Under the pieces are notes generated by a model, which saw nothing but the letters and a program-made list of their open reading frames with translations, had not been told where the DNA came from and did not search any database. From Polyangiaceae bacterium (GTDB taxonomy: Bacteria > Myxococcota_A > Polyangia > Polyangiales > Polyangiaceae), in assembly GCA_044376115.1 (NCBI GenBank), contig JBILLK010000007.1:1-64000 (forward strand): a DNA stretch of 64,000 nt, given 5' to 3'. The stretch's first letter is position 1; every line of letters starts with the position of its first letter. The translations under genes and the position numbers were made by a program. This document shows positions 39,955-48,690 of this stretch, piece after piece.

Positions 39955-42456
39955 GTGAGCGCGGCTGACCCGATCCACGCCGCCCTGGCCGCGGCCCTCG
40001 ACCCGGAGCACGTCGCCGCGCGGGCGCGCGCCGTGCTGGACGAGCCGCTGTATTGGTTCCCTGTGCGCCACCACTCGCCGGCCGTGGCGCACCACGTCGC
40101 GCGCGCGATCCGGGCGCGGAGGCCCAAGCTGATTTTCTTGGAGGCACCCGCCGAGGCGAACGATCTCGTCCGCTTCATCGTCGACAAGAAGACCAAGCCG
40201 CCGATCGCGATCTACTCGAGCTATCGCGACGACGACAACGTGCTCGGCCTGGCCGGGATCGCCAGCCCGGCGCCAGACATCCCGGCGCGCTTCGCCACGT
40301 TCTACCCGCTTGTCTCGTACTCGCCCGAGTACGTGGTGATGCAGGAGGCCACGGCGCTCGGCGCCGAGGTCGTGTTCATGGATCTGCCGCGCCACGCGCT
40401 GATCGAGCCGCACGTGAGCGAAGAGGAGGGGGAGGGTGAGGGCGCGCCCGGCGACGTGAGCTCGACGGCGGCCCCCGCCAAGGACCTGGCGCCGAGTTGG
40501 GAGGGCCTGGCCGTGACCAGCACCTTCTATCAAAAGCTCGCCGAGGCCGGCGGCTACAAGGGCTGGGAGGAGGCCTGGGACGCGATGTTCGAGGCGACCG
40601 ACCGCTTCGCCGATCACGACGCCTTCCGCGCCGAGTTGGCGCTGTTCTGCGCGGCGGTGCGCGCCACGACGGCGAGTGCGACGATGGGTCGCGACGGGAC
40701 GCTCGCGCGCGAGCGCTTCATGTGGCGCACCATTACCACGACGCTGGCGAGCCGCGGCGTGAGGCCGGAGGACGCTATGGTCGTGTGCGGCGGCTTCCAC
40801 CTGTTCTTGGACCGTGACGACCCGATCCCGCCGCCGGAGGCGCCGCGCGGCACCGTGTACAGCACCGTCACTCCGTTCTCCTTCTTCCGCGTGAGCGATC
40901 TCTCCGGTTATGGCGCCGGCAACCGCGCGCCGGCCTATTACGAGCGGCTGTTCACGGCGATGCGCGAACAGGGGGGCCCGTCGCAGCCTTCGCAGAGCTG
41001 GGGGCCGGGCGGGCGCGCCATGGTCGAGCACGTGGTCGACACGCTGCGCCGAAGCCGCACGTCGGGTGAACCCGTGTCGAGCGCCGACGCCATCGCCATC
41101 GCCGATCACGCGCGCATGCTGGCCAAGCTGCGCGGCCACGGCGCGCCCTTGCTCGACGACATCCGCGACGCCATCGTCACCTGCTGTGTGAAAGGCCGCC
41201 CCGACGAGGAGGGCCTGCACCTCGCCCGGGCGATGCGCGACGTCGAGGTCGGTGTAGCGATCGGCCGGGTCACGCCCGCACTCGGCCAGCTGCCGCTGCT
41301 GCACGACTTCCATGCCCAGGTGGACGAGCTCGGCTTCGCCGAGGTGATGGGGCGCGAGAAGCGGCTCGATGTGGTCCTGGATCTTCGGGAGCCCGGCGCC
41401 GCGCGCAAGAGCGCCTTCTTGCATCGCGTGAGCTACCTCGAGGTGCCCTTCGCCGAGCTCACCGATCGCGGCGCCAAGGGCGCGATGCTGTTCCGTGAGC
41501 GCTGGCGGCTCCTTTGGTCGCCCAAGGTCGAGCCGGAGCTGATCGAGAAGAACCTGTACGGCGACTCGGTGGAGAAGGCGGCGCTCGCGCTGCTCGAGGA
41601 GCGGCTCGCGAGCGACGTCGGCCACGCTGGCGCGACCTGCGCGAAGTTGCTCGGCAGCGTGGCGATGGAGTTTCCCGCGCTGATCGTCACGCTGTTCGAC
41701 GCCTGCTCACAAGCGATCGAGAGCGACGGCTCCTTCGCTTCACTGGCCCACGCCGTCGCTCAGCTGGGCATCCTGGACCGCATGGCGGCCCACCGCGAGC
41801 TGTCCCGCGAGCTCGTGCAGCGGCTGCTGGCCCGCGCGTTCGATCGAGCAGCGTTCGCCGTCCCGACCATTGCGTCGGTGCCCGAGGAGGAGGTCCCTGC
41901 TGTGGTGCACGGCCTGAAGGTGTTGGCGGAGGCGCTCTTGGCCGACGATGCAGGTCTCTTCGATCGCGACGTATTGATCGCCGGCCTACGCAGCGCTGCG
42001 CTCGAGTCGCAGAGCCCGTACCTGCGCGGCGTTTTCGACGGGCTGCTGGCCGAGACCCGGGCCGAGGGGCCGGAGTTCTTGGGCGAGCGGCTGCGCGCCT
42101 TTGCGCTCGAGCGACCCGAGATCCTGATCACCGCTGGGGCCTACCTCGACGGGGTGCTCTCGGTCTCGCACACCAGCGTGCTGCTCGGGGCCGAGGCCTT
42201 GGTCGGAGCGCTCGACGAGCTGTTCCGCGTGGCACAATGGGACGCGTTCGTCCTGATGCTGCCGCAACTGCGCTCCGCCTTCGAGCGCCTGCACGACCGC
42301 CACAAGGACACGGTGGCGGCGCGCGTCGCCGAGCGTCACGGCTTGAAGGACGGCGCGGCGATCGCCAAGCTGGGCACCACCAGCGTGGAGGGCGCCGTGG
42401 CCTTGGCCGAGATCGACGCTGAGACGGCGCGCATCATGGAGGCTTGGACGCTATGA
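39955..42456 (+). CDS. DUF5682 (YehM-like) protein
   Basis: PVRHHSP, IFLEAP, YSPEY, FMDLP, RERFM, VVCGGFH, SGYGAG motifs; lies between MoxR and vWA genes. Confidence 0.85.
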   Translation: MSAADPIHAALAAALDPEHVAARARAVLDEPLYWFPVRHHSPAVAHHVARAIRARRPKLIFLEAPAEANDLVRFIVDKKTKPPIAIYSSYRDDDNVLGLAGIASPAPDIPARFATFYPLVSYSPEYVVMQEATALGAEVVFMDLPRHALIEPHVSEEEGEGEGAPGDVSSTAAPAKDLAPSWEGLAVTSTFYQKLAEAGGYKGWEEAWDAMFEATDRFADHDAFRAELALFCAAVRATTASATMGRDGTLARERFMWRTITTTLASRGVRPEDAMVVCGGFHLFLDRDDPIPPPEAPRGTVYSTVTPFSFFRVSDLSGYGAGNRAPAYYERLFTAMREQGGPSQPSQSWGPGGRAMVEHVVDTLRRSRTSGEPVSSADAIAIADHARMLAKLRGHGAPLLDDIRDAIVTCCVKGRPDEEGLHLARAMRDVEVGVAIGRVTPALGQLPLLHDFHAQVDELGFAEVMGREKRLDVVLDLREPGAARKSAFLHRVSYLEVPFAELTDRGAKGAMLFRERWRLLWSPKVEPELIEKNLYGDSVEKAALALLEERLASDVGHAGATCAKLLGSVAMEFPALIVTLFDACSQAIESDGSFASLAHAVAQLGILDRMAAHRELSRELVQRLLARAFDRAAFAVPTIASVPEEEVPAVVHGLKVLAEALLADDAGLFDRDVLIAGLRSAALESQSPYLRGVFDGLLAETRAEGPEFLGERLRAFALERPEILITAGAYLDGVLSVSHTSVLLGAEALVGALDELFRVAQWDAFVLMLPQLRSAFERLHDRHKDTVAARVAERHGLKDGAAIAKLGTTSVEGAVALAEIDAETARIMEAWTL

Positions 42457-43580
42457 GTGAACTCACGACGCGTTGGCGTTTGGCGTTGGGCAGGGCCGCA
42501 GAGGCGCACGGCGTCGGGCTGGACGGTGACGCGAGCGAGGAGGCCCGGCGCATGGAGGAGGCGCTCGACTTCGTCTATGGCGGTGAAGGCCAGTGCGACG
42601 GCGGCGCCCAGCGCGGTCGAGGCGCGGGCAGCGGCGCCTCGCAGCTGACGGTGCCGAGCTGGGTCGAGGCCGTGTCGGAGCTCTTTCCGCGGCAGGCAAA
42701 AGAGCTCTTGGAGCGCGAGGTGATCAAGCGCCGCGGGCTCGCTGCGCTGCTCGAGAGCCCCGACGTGCTCGACCGCATCGAGCCGAGCGTCGAGCTGGTC
42801 AAGGTGCTGATCACGCACAAGGGCCTGCTCAACGAAAAGACGCGCGGCCTCGCACGGAAGGTGATCGATAAGGTGGTGCGCGAGCTCAAAGAGCGGCTGG
42901 AGGTCCGCATCGAACAGGCCATCACTGGCGCGCTGCGGCGCGATCGCCATTCGCCGCGCAAGGTGATGCGCAACCTGGACCTCAAGACCACGCTGCGTCG
43001 CAACCTGAAGAATTGGGACGAGGCGAGGCAGCGGCTGCTCGTCGAGCGGCTGTGGTACTTCGCGGCCGAGCGGCGCAAGCGCCCCTGGCACATCATCGTG
43101 TGCGTCGACCAATCCGGCTCGATGCTGGAGAGCGCCGTGTTCTCGGCCGTGATGGCCTCGATCTTCGCCGAGCTCCCCAGCGTGCGCACCTCGCTCGTCT
43201 TGTTCGACACCAACGTGGTCGACCTGAGCGACAAGGTCGGCGAGCCGGTCGACGTGCTGCTCAGCGTGCAGCTCGGCGGCGGTACCGACATCACCAAGGC
43301 GCTCAGCTATTGCGCGCAGCTCGTACGTGAGCCGGCGCGCACCATCGTCGTCTTGATCACCGACTTCTACGAAGGCCGCCCCGAGAGCGATCTGGTGCGC
43401 CAGGTGCGCCTCATGTCCGACGCGCACATCCGCATGATCGGCCTGGGTGCGCTCGGCTATGACGCGCGCCCCGAATACAACCGCTCCACCGCCGGCAAGC
43501 TGCGCAAGGTCGGTATGGATATCCTAGCCTGCACGCCCGAGAAGCTGGCCGAGTGCATGGCGCAGATCATCTCGGGGTAA
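42453..43580 (+). CDS. vWA domain protein (YehP/CoxE-like)
   Basis: RWRLALG N-terminus; MIDAS DQSGSM, GGGTDI, ITDFYEG; ATGA overlap with upstream gene. Confidence 0.92.
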   Translation: MSELTTRWRLALGRAAEAHGVGLDGDASEEARRMEEALDFVYGGEGQCDGGAQRGRGAGSGASQLTVPSWVEAVSELFPRQAKELLEREVIKRRGLAALLESPDVLDRIEPSVELVKVLITHKGLLNEKTRGLARKVIDKVVRELKERLEVRIEQAITGALRRDRHSPRKVMRNLDLKTTLRRNLKNWDEARQRLLVERLWYFAAERRKRPWHIIVCVDQSGSMLESAVFSAVMASIFAELPSVRTSLVLFDTNVVDLSDKVGEPVDVLLSVQLGGGTDITKALSYCAQLVREPARTIVVLITDFYEGRPESDLVRQVRLMSDAHIRMIGLGALGYDARPEYNRSTAGKLRKVGMDILACTPEKLAECMAQIISG

Positions 43581-43635
43581 GGCGGCCGAGCAGCCGGTGG
43601 AAGGTGAGTGGCCCGCTAAGCCTTTCGCCGAGCCT

Positions 43636-44010
43636 TCAAAGGCTGTCGCAGCTTTCTTGGTTCGGCGCGGTCTCGGCACCGTCGCAGGCCTCCTTCTGGC
43701 GCCAGCGACCGCCGCAGCATCGAAACCGAACCAACTCGCACTCGGCCATGGTTGAGGGCGCGTCGCAGGCCTCGTCTTCGGTGACACATTCGCCACCGGC
43801 GACAGGGGTCGTACCGACGCAAGCCGGCGGGAACACCGGCGCTGCGCCGCCACTCCCTCCCGCCCCGCCATTGCCGCCCTGCGAACCAGCGCCTTGGCCG
43901 GAGCCTCCGCTACCGCCAGCCCCACCGCTGGGGTCGGTCGTCTCATCACAGCCGACCAGCAGTGACAAACCGAAGGCACACGTCATTGCGATGAACCAGC
44001 GACCACTCAT
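43636..44010 (-). CDS. small Cys-rich lipoprotein
   Basis: Lipobox LVGC, Gly-rich linker, small Cys-rich C-domain. Confidence 0.65.
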   Translation of the reverse strand: MSGRWFIAMTCAFGLSLLVGCDETTDPSGGAGGSGGSGQGAGSQGGNGGAGGSGGAAPVFPPACVGTTPVAGGECVTEDEACDAPSTMAECELVRFRCCGGRWRQKEACDGAETAPNQESCDSL

Positions 44011-44490
44011 CGCCTCACTTATACCCAGCTTCGCCGGGATTGCAGCCGCTTTCGTCGCCTGCGCCTCCGCTCCCGGGGAGAGCGGTCCATCGGTTGTGGA
44101 GGCCCCTACCGGGGAGAGCCGGTGAGGCTAGCTTCGCCTATCCTCAGGTTCGCAAAGTCTTGCGCCTTCGCCGACTTGAAGTCGCTTGAGCTCGTGGCGT
44201 TCGAGGTCGGCTCGACGCGGCAGCTCGGCGTCAAAGTTCCGAACGCGCGGGTAGGTGAGGCTCTCGTGAAGCACCTCACGTCGAGCAAGACGGCGCGACT
44301 CATCTGCTACGCGCCCACCTCCGCGAGAACGATCGGCCTCTCGAACTAGGCGCACAGGGACAGAAGCGCTGGATCTTGTCGAGCACCGTCCGCGAGCCAT
44401 TCACGATCGTTTCGGCGCTGGTGAGTCGACCAGCTGCATCATAGGTGTATCGCTCGATGGACGCGCGCGGTTCGCGCGAGCTTCGCGCGG

Positions 44491-46017
44491 CTAGAGGACC
44501 TGTACACTTCCGGCGGAGGCCGGCGTTTCGTCGTCTCCGATCCACTCGGTGTTTCCGTAGCCGAGCCGGCCATTCGAGCCTACGCCCCAACAGCGCACGT
44601 CACCGGATTCGAGGAGGGCGCACGTGTGACTGAGGCCCGCCGTAAGTTGAACCACGGGGCCGCCGAGGTCGACCACACCAGCGGATGCTGGAGCGCCCAA
44701 GACCGAGAGGGTGTTTGCGTATCCGAGCTGGCCATACGAGCCGCTACCCCAGCATCGCACGGCGCCCGTGGTAAGCAGCGCGCACGTGTGCTCTGAACCT
44801 GCCGCAATCTGTGCGACGGCGCCACCGACATTAACGCTTCCCGCGGATGCGGGCGTCTCGTTATCTCCGATCGGCTGGGTGTTGCCGTAGCCGAGCTTGT
44901 TGTCCAGCCCCGTACCCCAGCAGCGAACGTCGCCTGAGGTCAAGAGGGCACACGTGTGATAGGTCCCCGCAACAATCTGGGTGACGACCCCGCCGACGTC
45001 GACGTCGCCCGCGGAGGCCGGCGTCTCGTCGTCTCCGATGTCGAGGGTGTTGCCATACCCAAGCACACCGTACCCCCCGAAGCCCCAGCACCGAACGCTG
45101 CCCGTCGTCAAGAGTGCGCACGTATGATAAAAACCGGCGGCCAGTTGGGTCACTGCGCCGCCCACGTCGACATCCCCAGCTGACGCGGGTGTTTCGTCGT
45201 CCCCGATCGCAGTGGGATGCCCGTTGACGACGGCTGCGCCCCAGCACCTCACGCCCCCCCCGCTGAGCACTGCGCACGTCTGGAAAACGCCTGCGGCCAC
45301 GTGCGTGGCCACCCCGCCAAGCTCGATGTCTCCAGCCGAGGCAGGCGTTTCATCGTCACCTATGTCTTGCCTATTCCCGTAGCCCAATTCCGCGCCAACG
45401 CTCTTGCCCCAGCAGCGCAAAGCCCCGGTGGTGAGCAGCGCGCAGGTCGTATCGGCGGTTCCGCACTCGATCTGCTCTACAGGGCCGCCAACGTCGACGT
45501 TTCCAGCCGATGCGGGCGTTTCGTCGTCTCCAACGGTGTCCAAGTTTCCGTAGCCCAGCGCGGCTGTAGCTCCCCAGCATCGAACATCCCCAGTGTCGAG
45601 CCTCGCGCAGGTGTGCAGGCCCGCGCAGAGCTGCACCACGGAGGTGGGCTCAGGCCCACCGGAGCCGCCGAAGCCGCCCGACCCCGGACCGGAGCCGCCG
45701 AAGCCGCCCGACCCCGGACCGGAGCCGCCGAAGCCCCCGGAACCAGGACCAGCGCCGCCGAAGCCGCCCGACCCCGGACCAGAACCGCCGAAGCCCCCGG
45801 AACCAGGACCCGAGCCGCCGAAGCCGCCAGACCCCGAACCCGAGCCACCGGGACCAGGACCAGCTCCGCCGGGACCAGGCCCGGGACCAGGACCAGGCGC
45901 TGAACCGCCCGTGGTCGAGTCGGTGCTTCCACTCGCTCCACCATCGGTCCTTTGCTCCACGAGCGAATCGCGGGCACCGCAGGCAACGAGCAGGAGCGCG
46001 AGCGCAATTCGAGTCAT
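44491..46017 (-). CDS. RCC1-like repeat beta-propeller lipoprotein
   Basis: Lipobox LVAC; seven HTCALL..G.VRCWG...GDDETPASAG repeats. Confidence 0.88.
   Translation of the reverse strand: MTRIALALLLVACGARDSLVEQRTDGGASGSTDSTTGGSAPGPGPGPGPGGAGPGPGGSGSGSGGFGGSGPGSGGFGGSGPGSGGFGGAGPGSGGFGGSGPGSGGFGGSGPGSGGFGGSGGPEPTSVVQLCAGLHTCARLDTGDVRCWGATAALGYGNLDTVGDDETPASAGNVDVGGPVEQIECGTADTTCALLTTGALRCWGKSVGAELGYGNRQDIGDDETPASAGDIELGGVATHVAAGVFQTCAVLSGGGVRCWGAAVVNGHPTAIGDDETPASAGDVDVGGAVTQLAAGFYHTCALLTTGSVRCWGFGGYGVLGYGNTLDIGDDETPASAGDVDVGGVVTQIVAGTYHTCALLTSGDVRCWGTGLDNKLGYGNTQPIGDNETPASAGSVNVGGAVAQIAAGSEHTCALLTTGAVRCWGSGSYGQLGYANTLSVLGAPASAGVVDLGGPVVQLTAGLSHTCALLESGDVRCWGVGSNGRLGYGNTEWIGDDETPASAGSVQVL
45661..45840 (-). 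repeat. six 30-bp in-frame tandem repeats encoding GPGSGGFGGS-type linker
   Basis: Units start at 45661, 45691, 45721, 45751, 45781 and 45811 on the + strand. Confidence 0.9.
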
Positions 46018-46125
46018 CTGACGAGGATACGCGAACCGCCAGGGTTGTTGCGAAGAGATGAGCGGGTGCGCCGCCCGAGAGGTCGAGCGGCGCAGCGGGT
46101 GCCCGATGCCCGCGCCGGGGAATCG

Positions 46126-46644
46126 CTAAGCGCCGGAGCGCGTCTCGCGCAAGGTCCCGGCGGCGTAGTCCGCCCTGAGCGACTCGACGATCTGCACGAG
46201 AGCGGACTGCGACATCTCCTCCGCTTGTGGTTGGGTCTGGAGCAGCCAACGAGCAGCTTCGTCGACTGATCCGAACACCTTCAGGGGGAAGGTCGGCCGC
46301 GTCGCGAGAAGCAGGAGGTTGACGACACTGCGCATGCTCGCCCCCACGAAGCCGGTCGTCTCGAGCGTCAAGGCGCCGAACGCCATCGAAGCGTTAAAGG
46401 TCTGAAAGGCCGACCTCAGCGTCGCGCGCGCCTTTTCGCCAGGCGGCGGGGTGTCGGCCCTCACCACCACGAAGAAGCCGATGGGACCGGTCGCTTGGGC
46501 CTTGAGGCGCTTCACGAAGAGCGGCAGTAGGCGTGCGAAACTGGGCTCCGGGTCGTTACGGACTACCATCAGGAGCAAGTTGCCCAACACGGCGACGCAG
46601 TGATCGCCTCCCACGTAGAGCGTGTTCAACTCCTTCGCGCTCAT
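46126..46644 (-). CDS. hypothetical protein, STAS/SEC14-like myxobacterial family
   Basis: GFVGASMRSVV...FPLKVFGSVDEAARWL pattern. Confidence 0.6.
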   Translation of the reverse strand: MSAKELNTLYVGGDHCVAVLGNLLLMVVRNDPEPSFARLLPLFVKRLKAQATGPIGFFVVVRADTPPPGEKARATLRSAFQTFNASMAFGALTLETTGFVGASMRSVVNLLLLATRPTFPLKVFGSVDEAARWLLQTQPQAEEMSQSALVQIVESLRADYAAGTLRETRSGA

Positions 46645-46886
46645 CCATGGCTCGGTACTGCCGAACCTGCTCCCGGTCAAGCGAACCGGCCATCGTCTCT
46701 CGTGAAGTCGATGAACTTCTTTGGGGCGTAACGGAGCCCTTTCCCCGCACGCTATTGGACGCAGGCGTTCCCTTCGAGTCGACAGCGACTCTTGGCCAAG
46801 CAGTTGTTCGACTTCTCGCAGTCCGTCTTTGAGGCGGCAACGCAGCTCTCGGACCACGAGTCCCGCCTGAACTCACACAGACCATG

Positions 46887-48125
46887 TCACTCGCAGACGC
46901 GAACCCTGACCACGCTCAGCGAGGTTCCCCCGGCGGACGCCCACGCGACCTCACCGTCCGTCCGGCCCTCGAAGTCGCCGTCCGGCAGCGGCGCGCCGAT
47001 TGACGCTGGGGCGCCGACGTCTGCGCCGGTCGCGTCGAGGCGCTGCAGGGTCGTCGCGCCGGAGGACGCGCCCAACAAGAGCCCGTCGTCGAAGGCCGCG
47101 AGCCGGCTCGAGCCGGCCACCGAGAGAGTGCGGTCGGAGACGGGTGCGCCGTTCGAGTCGAACGCGCCGAGGTGCGCGACCTGGGAGTCGTCTGCGTACA
47201 CGAGGAAGAAGCCCGCAGCGGTCGCGACGAGCCCGCCGAGCGTCGTCGTGTAGCCGCCCGCACAGTTCGCCGCGGGATCATCGGTGATCAGCGCGGCGCT
47301 GTGATTGAAGTAGACGCCCTTCCCCGGGTAGCAGTCGGAGATGCAGATGGGGACGAGGCCGGATGGTCCGGCGGCGAGGCGCTGGTCCATGCTGTGGCTG
47401 CACCCCCAGCCCCAGGCAGCGCCCGTCGGCGCGCCGTTCGCATCGAAGAGGCGCAGCGTGTCGCCCTGGTGACCAATCCCGTCTGGCCAGCGCCGGTGCA
47501 GCGCGTGGTACGCCGCGTAGCTTCCGTCGGCCAAGCGAGCGAGCCTCCCCGTCTGAGCGAACTCGCCGAACCACTCGGTCCCTTCGACCTGATGGTCACC
47601 GCCGCCGACGAGGTTGGTCTCGGCGAGCACGGCGCCGTTCGCGTCGAGCCTCACGAAGGTCATGAAGTCGGGTGCACGCGCGACGAGCAGCGCCACGTCG
47701 TCGGAGGTCGCGGCGACACCGAAGACCTGCGTGCCCGGAACGATCAGATCCTCGCCGACGCGCTGGTCGACCGCGTCGAGCTTCGTCACGTGCACGTTGC
47801 CATCGCTGCCGGCCCACGCCACGACCGAAGCGGCCCCGGCCTGCGCCGTGAGCGCTCGCGACGTGCTCGCTCCGCTGATCGTGACGCTCGTGACGCGCGT
47901 CGCCTCCTCGAGCGACGTTGCGGTGCACGGCGGCGCGCCTCCTGTGCTCCCGCCGCCGACCCCAGGCGCACCACCCGAGGAGCCACCGCCGGCCGCGGGG
48001 CTACCACCCGTCGTCGAGCCCGCACCCTCCGAGCTCGAGCCTCCGTCGGGCCCTCCGCCCGCGCTCGACGCCTCGTCCTCACAACCGAAAAGCAACCCGA
48101 TGAGGACGAGTGAGAGAGTTCGCAT
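46887..48125 (-). CDS. hypothetical secreted lipoprotein (beta-rich)
   Basis: Lipobox LFGC, Gly-rich linker, HQGD...WGWGCSHS...CISDCYP. Confidence 0.75.
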   Translation of the reverse strand: MRTLSLVLIGLLFGCEDEASSAGGGPDGGSSSEGAGSTTGGSPAAGGGSSGGAPGVGGGSTGGAPPCTATSLEEATRVTSVTISGASTSRALTAQAGAASVVAWAGSDGNVHVTKLDAVDQRVGEDLIVPGTQVFGVAATSDDVALLVARAPDFMTFVRLDANGAVLAETNLVGGGDHQVEGTEWFGEFAQTGRLARLADGSYAAYHALHRRWPDGIGHQGDTLRLFDANGAPTGAAWGWGCSHSMDQRLAAGPSGLVPICISDCYPGKGVYFNHSAALITDDPAANCAGGYTTTLGGLVATAAGFFLVYADDSQVAHLGAFDSNGAPVSDRTLSVAGSSRLAAFDDGLLLGASSGATTLQRLDATGADVGAPASIGAPLPDGDFEGRTDGEVAWASAGGTSLSVVRVRVCE

Positions 48126-48285
48126 CCGTCGACGATAGAGCGACCGCATAGCCGCAGGCAACGCGCGGCGCGAGAGACAGAACATCGTTGCCCGTGAACG
48201 TGCACAGGAGCTGGCGCTGGAGCATTGTCGAAGACCGCGAAGGGAGCGGCACCCCGGAGCCAAGAATGCACATCTTCAAGTGCGC

Positions 48286-48334
48286 CCGCCTTCCGCCTTC
48301 CGCCGGCCGCCTTCCGCCGGCCGCCTTCCGCCCG
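48286..48334. repeat. seven tandem heptamers CCGCCNN
   Basis: CCGCCTT x4, CCGCCGG x2 and CCGCCCG, contiguous. Confidence 0.85.
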
Positions 48335-48456
48335 CGCCCGCCGAACCGGCGCCGGCGGTCCTTTAGGCGCGAACGAACCCTGGGGAGCTGCGCTAGCTCC
48401 TTGGGTTTACTTCGCATTCGGAGCGGGCCGTGGGCCAGGTCGGCTTCGGTTATCCC

Positions 48457-48552
48457 GCATAACGGCTGGTTTACGGGAGTTCGCGGGCTCTCGTACACGC
48501 GTTGGCGGCGGGCACGCAGGATGATCAGCGAACTTACCCGAGGGGGTTAGCG
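48457..48552 (+). other. degenerate integron attC-like hairpin
   Basis: GCATAAC...GTTAGCG outer boxes; inner CGGGAGTTCGC/GCGAACT(TA)CCCG pairing; 96 bp long; L-box region asymmetric. Confidence 0.3.
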
Positions 48553-48690
48553 CAGCCTCCCCGACTTACTTCGCGCGTCGAGAGCTCCGTCACTTCAACG
48601 CCATCCGCCTTCGGCGGAATTCAACGCCTGGGGATGGGCGCGCGAATTGAACGCCATCTGCGGAACATCGCCGCGGCGGTCGATTTCAGG

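Noticed and set aside
46650..46880. Possible small gene between two minus-strand CDSs
   Set aside because: Protein-like text is split over two + frames (VDELLWGVTEPF.. / AKQLFDFSQSVF..) with no clear start. At most a remnant, so not annotated.
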